Source of the DNA: Glycera tridactyla
Lineage: Eukaryota
Direction of reading: 5' to 3'
Assembly (NCBI GenBank): GCA_965644265.1
Contig: OZ286471.1
Span: 94,054,001 to 94,118,000 of the forward strand
Length of the DNA stretch: 64,000 nt
Positions 1-13,375 of this stretch are shown here, piece by piece. The notes under the pieces are model-generated. The model saw nothing but the letters and a program-made list of their open reading frames with translations, did not search any database and was not told the origin of the DNA. Position 1 is the stretch's first letter, and each line of letters begins with the position of its first letter. Both the position numbers and the translations under genes were made by a program.

Positions 1-1248
1 AACGCAGCTACTGTAACCTCTAACATAGCTCATGTAGCCGTGATACATCTGATAAACGCAGCTACTGTAACCTCTAACATAGCTCATGTAGCCGTGATAC
101 ATCTGATAAACGCAGCTACTGTGACCTCTAACATAGCTCATGTAGCCGTGATACATCTGATAAACGCAGCTACTGTAACCTCTAACATAGCTCATGTAGC
201 CGTGATACATCTGATAAACGCAGCTACTGTAACCTCTAACATAGCTCATGTAGCCGTGATACATCTGATAAACGCAGCTACTGTAACCTCTAACATAGCT
301 CATGTAGCCGTGATACATCTGATAAACGCAGCTACTGTAACCTCTAACATAGCTCATGTAGCCGTGATACATCTGATAAACGCAGCTACTGTAACCTCTA
401 ACATAGCTCATGTAGCCGTGATACATCTGATAAACGCAGCTACTGTAACCTCTAACATAGCTCATGTAGCCGTGATACATCTGATAAACGCAGCGACTGT
501 AACTCTAACATAGCTCATGTAGCCGTGATACATCTGATAAACGCAGCTACTGTAACCTCTAACATAGCTCATGTAGCCGTGATACATCTGATAAACGCAG
601 CTACTGTAACCTCTAACATAGCTCATGTAGCCGTGATACATCTGATAAACGCAGCTACTGTAACCTCTAACATAGCTCATGTAGCCGTGATACATCTGAT
701 AAACGCAGCTACTGTAACCTCTAACATAGCTCATGTAGCCGTGATACATCTGATAAACGCAGCTACTGTAACCTCTAACATAGCTCATGTAGCCGTGATA
801 CATCTGTGTCAAATGATATCTGGGGAGCTACTGTAACCTCTAACATCGCTCATGTAGCCGTGATACATCTGTGTCAAATGATATCTGGGGAGCTACTGTA
901 ACCTCTAACATCGCTCATGTAGCCGTGATACATCTGATAAACGCAGCTACTGTAACCTCTAACATAGCTCATGTAGCCGTGATACATCTGATAAAGGCAG
1001 CTACTGTAACCTCTAACATAGCTCATGTAGCTGTGATACATCTGATAAACGCAGCTACTGTAACCTCTAACATAGCTCATGTAGCCGTGATACATCTGAT
1101 AAACGCAGCTACTGTAACCTCTAACATAGCTCATGTAACCGTGATACATCTGATAAACGCAGCTACTGTAACCTCTAACATCGCTCATGTAGCCGTGATA
1201 CATCTGATAAACGCAGCTACTGTAACCTCTAACATAGCTCATGTAGCC
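1..1248. repeat. Minisatellite, 54-bp unit (AACGCAGCTACTGTAACCTCTAACATAGCTCATGTAGCCGTGATACATCTGATA), about 23 copies, running off the window start
   Basis: Direct periodicity. Two 65-66 bp variant units near 797-930 and one 53-bp unit near 500. Confidence 0.97.
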
Positions 1249-1589
1249 AATACAGTAAATAACTTCTTCACAAGGACCACCTGTCTACAGAGACCACTCT
1301 CATGCAACTAGATGTTGTCTCTGTGGGCAACTGAGAATACTTGGTGAATCCTCCCCAACTTACTGCCTCTTTCAGACAGGTTTGACAGAGGATGATAATA
1401 GAGTGTAACCTCTGATGTGATACCAACCTAAATGTCACCAAAAAGTGGTCTCAATAGAGGTGGTGGTCTCTTGATGGAGGTAAACATGACTATGTCACCT
1501 AGAGAAGCTGCCCTGTGGAGTTGTCTCCCATTGAAGGTGGTCTTGTCAGGGCGTCTTCCTCATAGGTTTCACTCCAGCTAACAAACTCG

Positions 1590-2105
1590 ATGAATGTAAC
1601 ATGTGAAGGGCTTTTACATGAGTACAATGAATTTAACATGTGAAGGGCTTTTACATGAGTACAATGGATTTAACATGTGAAGGGTTTTTACATGAGTACA
1701 ATGAATTTAACATGTGAAGGGCTTTTACATGAGTACAATGAATTCAACATGTGAAGGGCTTTTACATGAGTACAATGAATTTAACATGGGAAGGGCTTTT
1801 ACATGAGTACAATGAATTTAACATGTGAAGGGCTTTTACATGAGTACAATGAATTTAACATGTGAAGGGCTTTTACATGAGTACAATGAATTTAACATGT
1901 GAAGGGCTTTTACATGAGTACAATGAATTTAACATGTGAAGGGCTTTTACATGAGTACAATGAATTTAACATGTGAAGGGCTTTCACATGAGTACAATGA
2001 ATTTAACATGTGAAGGGCTTTTACATGAGTACAATGAATTTAACATGGGAAGGGCTTTCACATGAGTACAATGAATTTAACATGGGAAGGGCTTTTACAT
2101 GAGTA
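1590..2105. repeat. Minisatellite, 37-bp unit (ATGAATTTAACATGTGAAGGGCTTTTACATGAGTACA), about 14 copies
   Basis: Direct periodicity. Confidence 0.97.
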
Positions 2106-2763
2106 TGCGTCCTTGATGCTTTCTCCCCGGATTGAATCACCGAGAAATTCATAAATTTACGAGTGCATTCCATTAAATGACGGGAGGAGGTCCAAGTTCG
2201 CAGGAGGTGGTGTGTTCCGAACGTGAACCTATAACACGTACATTACACATTCAACTGCACATGCAGGTTATGAAAATTCCAAAATCTGGTGGGATACGAG
2301 AATCCTGGAAACATTCAACATTACTGTGGTAGAATTATTCTTGTACATTTCCTATTTTGGGACACTAGAGTAGCTCAGAATCAAGAATCGACACAGCGAT
2401 TTCCAATCTCTACTTGCTGTGAAGCACTATCAAGTCTGCAGGCCCGTAGACATGGTCTATAATGTCGTTGGATGAATACAAAGTAGCAGATAGGAAGTAG
2501 CAGATAGGAAGTAGCAGACTAACTGTGCAAGCCGCGCTTTAATCTCATTTAAAGAATCGTTGATCAGGTGAACTCCCCACCTTGATCAGAAAATTTGAAT
2601 GGATGGTTGGTTACTGTTGCCATGGTGGTTACTGTTGCCAGGGCGTTACGGTTGCCATGGCACTGGATAATTTATTGTCATCTCATTGTTGACTGAAACC
2701 AGCAAGCATCTGGATGTCTCACCATCAAGTATGTGTTTTAGATGACCACATTGAGTTTGACTT

Positions 2764-2908
2764 AATAATTAATCCTGAGTGCGAGTACTTGGTCGCCGAT
2801 ACCAGGTACGACGCACGGCGCCGTCCGAGGCCCGCAGGGCCGAGGACGGCTAGCAGGGCGGAGTACCTGGTATCAGCGACCAAGTACTCGCACTCGGGAT
2901 TAATTATT
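2764..2908. mobile_element. Short palindromic (foldback) MITE-like element with 46-bp arms and a GC-rich inner hairpin
   Basis: 2764-2809 is the reverse complement of 2863-2908 with 2 mismatches. Inner GCCGTCC..GGCCC GCA GGGCC..GGACGGC. Confidence 0.75.
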
Positions 2909-3113
2909 GTTCTACCATGCCTATATTATAATGGCTATGGTCATTGAATTGTGTTGAATGGACTTTTTTCAAAAATCATTGTGAGAAACAAGAAAGAAAA
3001 CTGTATAAGACCGGGCCAAATGATCAAATTAAATTCATGAACAGCGCTCTTGATTCTAAAATAGGGTTTGTCGAGATTTGTTTTTCACAGCAAGTTGCCG
3101 GCCAAATTTACCT

Positions 3114-3721
3114 AATATATTACTGTAGTCTCGCGCGTGTACGCGCAGGTTCGGACAAACGCGCATCCCCCGTTTTGTCAAAATGTCGGAATACGCACAT
3201 GTCCTCGCGCATACGCACACCCCTGAAATTCGCTGACAAACGCCAATGAAACGCCGATAATAAACTGAAAAATCCCGGTTGAAATGTGTGAAACCCGAAA
3301 GAATCAACGAATCGCCATGTTGTATCCGTCTCCTCCGCGCATTGCATGATGGAAGATGTTGAAAAATATTAATCGTGCGTACCCTGTTCCCTCCAACCCC
3401 AATCTCGTTCTCTATTTGTGTCATACAAATATTCGATCGAAGACGGTTCTGTCGGGACTAGGGTTCGCAGGCGCAAAGCATCATGGGAGAAATAAAGTTA
3501 ATATTTACATCATCAAGAAAAATGGCGGCCGGGTGTTGGTAAGTGCTTCGTTCCACGTGATAGGGCGAAGAATAAAGCAAAAAACAGATAGTTTCGACAA
3601 GGTGCGCATTTGCACGAATCATGCATACGCGCACCCTCGGGCATACGCGCATCCCCCGTTTCGTCAAAATGTCACGATTTCGCTCACTGCGCGTACACGC
3701 GCGAGACTACAGTAATATATT
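3114..3721. mobile_element. CpG-rich MITE with about 35-bp terminal inverted repeats (..ATATATTACTGTAGTCTCGCGCGTGTACGCGCAG)
   Basis: 3114-3148 is a perfect reverse complement of 3687-3721. A 27-bp subterminal direct repeat lies at 3161-3187 and 3647-3673 (1 mismatch). Confidence 0.85.
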
Positions 3722-6700
3722 TGACATCAAAAATGAAGAATAGGTACGTCCGCACGGTACTTGGTCTCTGGATTAAACACGATTGTTGTGGCTGATACAT
3801 GGGCCATTCTCACCCCCTCCATACCATCGCGGTAACAGCGCGATTTGTTATTCGGCCATTGACTACTTGGAGGGGGTGCGCCCGCTCACAGTCACAGCTG
3901 GTCAGTCCATTAATCGCTCCCGGCGTGGTAGAACGTATAATCAAACCTGCTCAAAAGACCATCTCGCCATGAAACCCACCGGCCGTATATTATTGAATAT
4001 ATGCGCAGTGCGTGAAGGCATATTCAAATGCCATGCGCTTCTATTTGGAACAAAATCTGAGTAAAGATCTATCTCTTTATGTGTGTTAGCAAGACATCAA
4101 GGTTGACGTATCCACATTCTGGTCATCCTTGAACGCCCAAAAGTCGACCCGGTATGAATGAATACTGCCAAACACTTGTAAATCGACAAAAGCCAGAGTT
4201 AGGTGCAAATAGGCTTCTTGCCATTTGTTGTTAGTCAGCTTTCACGCATGTTTTGGACTCGGTGGTCACTGCTGGTCTCGTTAATGAGTAACATTATGGA
4301 GTGCGCATCTTTCTAGGTATGGGCGTGTATACGGCAATATACGGTACCTACAAAGGCTAGCAACCCTGAGCTGTGACCACAATAGCATTTTCCACAGTAA
4401 AAGAATATAGGTCACCTGCCTACAAAGGCCACCCTCATATGTGACCACTAGTATTTTCCAAAGTGAACAACCTCCGCTTAAGGACCAAAAGGCCTCTTCT
4501 TGATGAAGCTAAGCGTGGTTTATGTAGACACGTTCAACTGCAGTTGCACACCTTCATTTATTTTAGAGAGTAGATGACCATGAATGAGGTTGTGGTGGTG
4601 CTACCTCCGAACCAGAACCACCTTGAAATAGAATACCATAGCAAGGCACTACAGAGACATATCAAATTTCTTTACGAATACTGGTGCTAGGGGGAAATGA
4701 TGAAATTAGCATCTAAAAAAATTACTTTTAGGATGTTCTAGTTCTATTGGAGGGGACCAGTTGAAGCTAGCCATCAGTGACTGCATAGCAGGGTAGCAGT
4801 CAAGAGTTGTAGGCTGCAGGAGGAGGTATTTATTGTCTTCTGTAAGAGGCAATAATTGGTCGGAGGAGCTGCATATGGGAAATGTGAACGTGAAGCGTTT
4901 TGATCAGCTGCTCGTCTATAAATAGAAACAAAGGGCNNNNNNNNNNNNNNNNNNNNNNNNNNNNNNNNNNNNNNNNNNNNNNNNNNNNNNNNNNNNNNNN
5001 NNNNNNNNNNNNNNNNNNNNNNNNNNNNNNNNNNNNNNNNNNNNNNNNNNNNNNNNNNNNNNNNNNNNNNNNNNNNNNNNNNNNNNNNNNNNNNNNNNNN
5101 NNNNNNNNNNNNNNNNNNNNNNAGAAACTCAAATCATGATGTGTGTGTGGGGGATGTNNNNNNNNNNNNNNNNNNNNNNNNNNNNNNNNNNNNNNNNNNN
5201 NNNNNNNNNNNNNNNNNNNNNNNNNNNNNNNNNNNNNNNNNNNNNNNNNNNNNNNNNNNNNNNNNNNNNNNNNNNNNNNNNNNNNNNNNNNNNNNNNNNN
5301 NNTGTATATGGAGGATGAACATTTCTGGTGGTTCGTTTGTGGTCTTAGTGATTCACACAAACAAATGGAACACCTACAAGAACAAACTTTCAGCATGAAG
5401 ACCTTCTGATAATAAGAATTTTAGATTTTTATCAAATATTTCTATCAAAATCATCTTGGTCTCCTCATGATAGTGATGCAATGTGAAATCGTAATGAAAA
5501 GAGGGAAGGGATGGCCATGGAGGATATAATTGTTTACAGGCCGTAAACAATTATTGATTTGCCAACGATTATTGCAGCCTACAGAATATGAGGCGGGAGG
5601 AATACCGAGTGTGTCTGCCAAGTTGTACAGAACATTACTACTGGTAACATTATGAACACAAGAACATCTACACGCTGAAAATCACCTAGTGACATTAGTT
5701 ACGGATTCCATTATGTTGGATAATGGTTGATATCTGATTGGTGGATCGTACGGTTGCCGTTGGCTACAATGATGTTGGATGGTACGAAGGCAGCCATTGG
5801 ACTGTAGAGATATGCACAGGTCACGCTCCTATAGCTTCATACAAAATGCTGTAAGTACTATTTGTAAGCTGCTGTTTGATTGGTTGATTGCTTTGCTACA
5901 TTCATACTAGCTCTTGTGATTGGCTGCTTGAAGATGTGAGCTGCTGTATGATTGGCTCATTGCTTTGCTGCATATATCACAGCTTCTCTGATTGGATGCA
6001 TGAAGCAACACTGCTTTTAGCTTTAGGGTGTGATTGGTGCTGTACTTAACTAACTGTTTTTGTTACACGCATTGTGATTGGTGCTCAGGCTAACCTCTAT
6101 TTTTGTTACAAGCATTGTGACTGGTGCTCAGACTAACCTTTATCTACATAATGTTTCCATGTGGTTTCATAAATACATGTGTATCAGTATATGTACATGT
6201 ATTCTTATTTTGCTTTTACTGTTTTTGTTTGCTGGTTAACATTTCAGTAGTGCTACAAATGGGCTATATTGAGACATGTAATTCAAGTGTAAGACAGAAT
6301 GGCACACTTTCACTTGTTGAGCACCACCCTCTTGGACCCTGAACACAGATGCTGGGTGGGGAAGATTGGTGAGTGGGTGGGGGGGGGGGGTGTTAGCCGC
6401 CAAGTGGAAGCAGGTGGCCTGTTGTTTACACCTTGGACCATCATTTGAAGAGCAAAGAGAAAGTTTGGAAGTCCTGGACAGATAAGTGACAGCAACCAGG
6501 AGATAGTAAAAATCTGGGAGCCGGTGGTGGGTGTTCTATTCTTCCCCAACTCTGTACCCCACTCCCCATTCATGATATTTTACAATGATTTCTGCAACAA
6601 GCACATGCCTTTAACCCCTTTTGATTTGGTCTCTTGAGAACAGTGCTTGCTCCACTGGATCAGTTATGCAGCAGGAGGCGCATGTCACCAAAAAGGGGTT

Positions 6701-6989
6701 TCTCAAAATAGGTAGTCTCGGTATATTTGACAATGTCAAATAGAAAAGCTGCCCTGGAAAAGTGGTCTCCCATCAGAGGTGGTCTTTCATTGAGGTGTCT
6801 TTCATCCCAGGTTTCAATATATGCGTCCTATTAGAGTTCATGGTAGATAGGTAGAGGTGTGTCTGAACTGTCAGCTACTCCAAGTTCCCCATCAACTTGT
6901 GTTCAGGGTTTGTGTAGGTGATGCCTGTATGGGACAGAACATCTAGCTTTAATTGACCAGGAACACATGCCGTACATCTTGGTTGATAC

Positions 6990-7242
6990 TAGTGTTGCGA
7001 CGATTACCCGATTATATCGATTATTGCATCGTTGAGGGGTCCGATTCGATTAATCGATCATGCAAGTTGACAATTGATTAAAGAATTGCTCCTAAATATT
7101 GATACAAAGTTATGATTTTGCTGCAAATTTTGGGTATTTTTAGGCGAGCCAGGGATTCTGAACTCCGATAATTTAATCGATAATCGATCGCTGGCGAGTC
7201 TGATTAATCAATCATAACTTTTGCATCCGAGCCCAAGCACTA
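6990..7242. mobile_element. hAT-type MITE (TAGTG..CACTA ends) inserted in a SINE-like repeat
   Basis: Imperfect TIRs TAGTGTTGCG / CCCAAGCACTA. Flanked by GTTGATAC / GCTGATAC (7 of 8, TSD-like). Confidence 0.7.
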
Positions 7243-7907
7243 GCTGATACATGCCATTAAACCTCAATTAAACAACAATAAAAGAAGATGATCTGTCCAG
7301 TGAGAGCATTCATTGCTGTCATTTAGTGAGGCGCTTGGTTATATGTTTGCCTGTTGAGGGTAGTGAGAGACACACCTGTCCTTGAAAGTTTGACCTCAGA
7401 CGAGGTGAAGTCTTCCACTGTCCNNNNNNNNNNNNNNNNNNNNNNNNNNNNNNNNNNNNNNNNNNNNNNNNNNNNNNNNNNNNNNNNNNNNNNNNNNNNN
7501 NNNNNNNNNNNNNNNNNNNNNNNNNNNNNNNNNNNNNNNNNNNNNNNNNNNNNNNNNNNNNNNNNNNNNNNNNNNNNNNNNNNNNNNNNNNNNNNNNNNN
7601 NNNNNNNNNNNNNNNNNATGCCCAATAATAAAAACCACCCAAAATTTCCCTAAAATGTGGTTTCAAAAAGGAGGTTCAGTGAAACCTGTGACAACAGACC
7701 ACCCAAAATGTCCCCAAAAAGTGGTCTCTCAAAAGAGGTGGTCTCTCATTTGAGGTATATTTGACTATATTAAATAGACGAGCTGCCCCCTGTGGATGCG
7801 ATCTCCCGTCAGAGGTGGTCTGTCATCAGGGGGTCTTTCTTTGCAGGTTTCGCTATATATTTGACCATTTCGAATTGAGAATGCTGCCGAGAAGTAGGGG
7901 TCTCCAC

Positions 7908-8318
7908 TAGTGTTGGGAATTGGTTGCAAATTCACCATTGATGATTGTTTGGACTGAACCAACCGATGATTGGTTGCAATCGGTTTGGCCATCCTGCATT
8001 CTATCAGTCACTGGAGTGATTGGAGGCTTGGTTTTGGTAATCCTTACTTGAGTGGAAGAAGAATGCAACACTTAGTTTCTGCACATTTGCCCATACTAGT
8101 GCACCCAATACTGGAATTATCAAAGTGATGAGCCTGAATGCAGCCAGTCACATTGTAATTTAGCAGAATATTCAATTTTCTAGCATTTGCATGCATGAAG
8201 ATTGATCTCATATATACTGAACCGATTGTAATCGATTGCAAATTTTCCAACCAATCATCAGAATTGGTACTGATTCCAATCAATCATCGGTTATTTTCCA
8301 ATCATCGGCCCAACACTA
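7908..8318. mobile_element. hAT-type MITE inserted in a Tc1/mariner-type MITE
   Basis: TIR TAGTGTTGGG / CCCAACACTA. Perfect 8-bp TSD GTCTCCAC (7900-7907, 8319-8326). Confidence 0.88.
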
Positions 8319-9060
8319 GTCTCCACATAAGGGGTGGTTTCTGGTCAGTGGCTTATCCGTGAAGTTTGTAATGTATTGTACTATGTCATGCCAGCCTTCT
8401 CTCTATAGAAACTCACTTATTATCAAGACCACCTCCACAAAGCAACCACTTATTGTGACTGCTATAGCACGTCCACCATTCATGTCCAGTTGATAAAATC
8501 AGTTAATTGTGGTCTCAGGTTCAATTGTGAGTTATTACATCACTCAGGTCTGAAAACAGCCAAGTAATCTGCTCCATGTGTTGTGAGTCTCTATTAAAGG
8601 TGTGAAACACAATGTGTCACAGACCGAGTAATGTCCATGGTTTGAGTCCACTCCTTGATCTGTTCACTATAAGCAAAAAATAGTCTTATAGCAAGAATAT
8701 ATGGCCTTGAAGTAAAAACGCAATATCAAACAAGGTGTGAATTTTGCCAGATGTCATGAGTCTGGAGCCTGAGTGACATATGGTGAAATTCATACTGAGT
8801 TTGGTACTGTGTTTTTATCTCACGACCATTTATTATTGCTTATATCACATGACATAGATTAGGAGAGAAATCATCAAAAAGTAGTTCTCACCCAGCCATG
8901 AGGTATCTCATGCAATACTCAACACCTGATACTTCACTGAAAATGTCACATCCATGTGATAATCATTGGCATTTTGTAAAGAGATTGTATTTTGAGACAT
9001 AATCTGAATGGAAGGATAAAAAAGATGTGACTGAAAGGACATCACACATTACTCAATCAG

Positions 9061-9091
<31 letters not shown>

Positions 9092-11285
9092 ATCAATCAC
9101 CATGATTCATTCCCAGCCCCTCCTCAAAATGAGCAGTGTTGTTTACAGCAGATACATTTGTAACAAATGCCAAGGGATAGTTGATCATAAAACAGGGATA
9201 GTGAATCCTAATTTTGTAATCTGACCATTCTGCTGCGGTGGCCATATTGGAAGGTCCTCAAGTACACGAGGGAACATCAGGGGCCACTAACGTCATTATT
9301 GCAAGTGGCAGTCTGGCTACATGGTAGTTGTACGCATATAATTGCGTTCCATTCCCACTGATGACGTTATTTAGTACGGGGATTGCCGGTTTTACGCTCT
9401 TGTCCAGCTCTTCTCCTCTACGTGTTATGACCGCACATGTCCAGTGACCTTCAAGAACTGCGATCATTTCATACTCGACTTTTGGTGTCATTGACATACA
9501 GTTGTCAACAAAGTGCACCCCTGGTTAGATGAAATGGTCTGTAATCGTTTATGAAACTACTGTTGTTCCCTCTGGTTCCAATGTTTAGAGACCTTCTGAT
9601 GAAAGACCAACCCGTATTCTATTTCTTTCTCATAATAATGTCAATATACAGCTAAAATACAGTGATTTAGTTGTGAGAGAAAAGCAAGAAGTACCGGCGG
9701 GGTGAGATCGGCGTTTTTCCCAGCGAGATGCGACCCCGGCGGTGGTCTTCTCACCCAGCGGATAGGGCAAAGACCTTTCTTGAATGTAGTCCCTCTCTGC
9801 ATGGTTTTTGCCTTGAAATATTCCTGAATCTTTCTCCAATCAGTCAAATTCCTGCGCCACATGTTCTTAATGTACCTGCGTCTGACTGGTCTGACTGGTT
9901 CCGGATTCAATCCGCTGAAGTGGCCTTCATTTCCTAACGCAGACAAAGATTGGAGATTAAACTCCGTCATTGATGATATATAGATGAATATTTTGATGAA
10001 CCTCACGTTCATGCCGTCATTATCAAAGAAACGACTCTTGATACAATGGTTCAGTCCATGCACAAATTGACTTATTTGAGTATCTCTTCTTTTCTTTATC
10101 TCAACCCTATGATTTATAGCAGGACCTGAATGAAGAATATCTAACATATGTATATGAGCTATTTCTCTGATAGAACATGGTACCTCAATTGTATTGGTCA
10201 GATTAGATAAGACGCACCTCTGATATTATATTCATGTATGTTTCGGCATTATAGAAGGATGATTTAGTGAGTTAGGTTGATTTTTCGATGATGATACAAG
10301 GGAGGTCACATGCAGCAGGAATGCGTGCCACTATACGCTGCCGCCACTGATACTGCTCTTACTGTGTTGCCTCTGAAAACTTTGTTCTGGCACGCTCCAC
10401 CTGGCATTTACATTCCTGGTGAATAAGGCAAAACTACCCGAGTATTTAGACCTCAAACAACCAGCTGGTTACATAGTGTACAAATCTGTGTCATGGGGGA
10501 AGGGGGGGGGGGGATGTCCATTTCAACATCACCCAGTGATGTATAGTTGAACCTGTCTTTAAAAGCCACCTTCAGTCAAATCGAAAAGGGGTGTTTTTGG
10601 CAGGTGGGCTTTATAGAGAAGTCATTTAGTGTTTAAGATACTATCATGTTCATAGCGCATCTTGTGTTCAGGGTTTGTGAGATAGATGTCTGCAGGGGAG
10701 AGAACATCTAGCTTTCGTTACCCAGGAACACACGGCATACATGACCCTAGGGTTGATACATGCCGTTAAACCTCAGACAAACTTGTAGGCAGGTGGCATT
10801 TATGGATAGGTGGTCTCTCAAACAGGTTTGACTGTATACAGTTTGGGATTTGGCAATCTTCGGCTCTTCAGGAGTTGGGACTGGTGGTGGGGGGGGGGGG
10901 GGGAGGGGGGAGGGGGCTGGCTCAAGTCCTGAGAGCACCATCTGGGCTATATTGAGACGCCCATATTATGGTGGGATCATCCGATGAAAGGCTGTTTGCC
11001 TGGTCATCTTGTTTTTTAATAAGATAATAGGAATTCCTCATCAAGAGATCAGCGAGTTGGTCAAGTTTGGGGGTAAGATGATAGTCGGGAGAACACAGAG
11101 ATCCACTCGGTTTGATTTGATGAAAGATCCCCGCCGTGTGACTCGGATGTCACAGAGACAACAGGACTTGACACGACTGAAACCAGGACTGACGTCACAA
11201 AATAAACTCACCGGCTTTTACATCGACTTTATTATGACATCACAATTGAAGTCCGCTCAGCATTGGTTATCAACTTTTGATATAG

Positions 11286-11660
11286 GGTTCAAATTCAAAT
11301 TCAAATTCAAATTCTTTTATTTTCACACGGTACAGTACAATCATATAATATACATTACGGGATATTCAGCATGTCCGTGTACATAAAACCTATACCAATG
11401 TCATGTGATAGAAATCCTAGTATGACGAAATAGTTTCAGCTGGTGCATAACATGTTTCAGTTTAAGAACTAAAAGATGCTATGTTGATACGGCTAATTGT
11501 TATCAGTATTGTTAAATTCCCCAATTTTTGAAGGGAGTTGACTAACTTTGATTGCGTGGAATAAAGAAGTGTTAATTATTATAACAGATTAGAGTGGTCA
11601 TCCTAGTAAGTTATTCATGAAATTGGAATGTGAAAAGTCGGTCCTGTCAACATAGATAAC
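11286..11660 (-). mobile_element. 3' end of a CR1/L2-like non-LTR retrotransposon (degenerate)
   Basis: The minus strand ends AAAATAAAAG(AATTTG)n, a polyA-signal plus simple-repeat tail typical of CR1/L2 elements. An upstream decayed frame reads SLFHAIKVSQLPSKI, RT C-terminus-like. Confidence 0.5.
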
Positions 11661-11925
11661 CCTGGTTTTTACAGGGCAAGAAATTGGAATGCCCCCAAGT
11701 GAGACATTGAGTGAAATGTACATTGTACAGTGAAAGCTGCGATGAGAGACCCCGATGAAAGACCACCTCCAACAGGAGACCACTTTTACAGTGCAGCTTT
11801 TCTATTTGACATAGTCAAATTTACCACCAGACGAGAGACCACCTTTTTCGAGAGACAACTTTTTGATGACATTTAGGGCGGTCTCTGGTCGCTGGTTTCT
11901 TCAATCAGGAACACACAGCATACAT

Positions 11926-12681
11926 AAACCTAGGGTTGATGCATCCCATTAAACCTAGGGTTGGTGCATCACATTGAACCTAGGGTTGGTGCATCACATT
12001 GAACCTAGGGTTGATGCATCACATTGAACCTAGGGTTGATGCATCACATTAAACCTAGGGTTGATGCATCACATTAAACCTAGGGTTGGTGCATCACATT
12101 AAACCTAGGGCTGATGCATCACATTAAACCTAGGGTTGGTGCATCACATCAAACCTAGGGTTGATGCATCACATTGAACCTAGGGTTGGTGCATCACATT
12201 GAACCTAGGGTTGGTGCATCACATTGAACCTAGGGTTGATGCATCACATTGAACCTAGGGTTGGTGCATCACATTGAGCCTAGGGTTGATGCATCCCATC
12301 AAACCTAGGGTTGGTGCATCACTTTAAACCTAGGGTTGATGCATCACATTGAACCTAGGGTTGATGCATCACATTAAACCTAGGGCTGATGCATCACATT
12401 AAACCTAGGGTTGATGCATCACATTGAACCTAGGGTTGATGCATCCCATCAAACCTAGGGTTGGTGCATCACTTTAAACCTAGGGTTGATGCATCACATT
12501 GAACCTAGGGTTGATGCATCACATTAAACCTAGGGCTGATGCATCACATTAAACCTAGGGCTGATGCATCACATTAAACCTAGGGCTGATGCATCCCATT
12601 GAACCTAGGGTTGTTGCATCACATTAAACCTAGGGTTGGTGCATCACATTAAACCTAGGGTCGGTGCATCCCATTGAACCT
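11926..12681. repeat. Minisatellite, 25-bp unit (AAACCTAGGGTTGATGCATCACATT), about 30 copies, inside the 3' end of a SINE-like repeat
   Basis: Direct periodicity. Flanked by the family body (CAGGAACACACAGCATACAT) and tail (AACCTCAAACAAACAAAC). Confidence 0.95.
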
Positions 12682-12737
12682 CAAACAAACAAACCACTAG
12701 ATTTTTCCTATCTCCCCGTTTAAGTGTACATTTGGTA

Positions 12738-12835
12738 GCAGTCTGTGTAGCTCAGTACATAAGACAGCTTGCTGCTGTACAAGCTAGGTGGTTCATGCCA
12801 TGCTGGAGATCCAGGTTCATATCCACATCAAGAAA
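12738..12835 (+). mobile_element. Degenerate tRNA-derived SINE head
   Basis: A-box-like TAGCTCAGTA and B-box-like GGTTCATATCC. No cloverleaf. Confidence 0.35.
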
Positions 12836-13375
12836 TGATTTCAAAGAATGCAATTTTTTCATTTCATTGTTTTGTCTTGCTATGAGAAAAACAATTTGAG
12901 GAATCCCTTGCTAGAAGATTGTTACTTTTGATTCAAGCTGATAAAATCATCATATTTCAGAGGCATTTTCTAAATCCTCTGTAGCTGGTGATTGGTCAGT
13001 TGAGTGGTGCTGGGATTGACTGACTGCATACAACTCTCCTGGTGGGACTTTGATGAACTATCTGTCATGATGTACCAGTGCTATGTTTAGCTAGTTCCAG
13101 GAATGCCTGCATGGTGGCACTTTGCACTCACACAGCCTGTAACTTCAACCCTCATCACTGACCTCACTGTGATCATTGTTTTGCTTTAAAATTCGAAAGT
13201 ATGCTTTCCAATTTCTCATTATCTCGGTAGCCAAATCTTAGGACACACCTCTACCTATTTACTATGAACTCTAATTGGAAGTATCACATTCAAGGTTCCC
13301 TCTATAGATTAGCGTTTTAGCTACAGTTAATCAGTTGAGTCAAATGCTGAAGAAAAATTGATTTGCTAAAATAAT

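Noticed and set aside
40-1311. ORFs of 100-157 aa in the first array, and the 208-aa HHDVLIKVTG ORF at 53176-53802
   Set aside because: Pure repeat translations without splice or homology support.
6388-6486. Death-domain-like peptide LAAKWKQVACCLHLGPSFEEQRESLEVLDR
   Set aside because: Short, ends in a stop, would need an implausible intron of about 29 nt, and has no partner exons.
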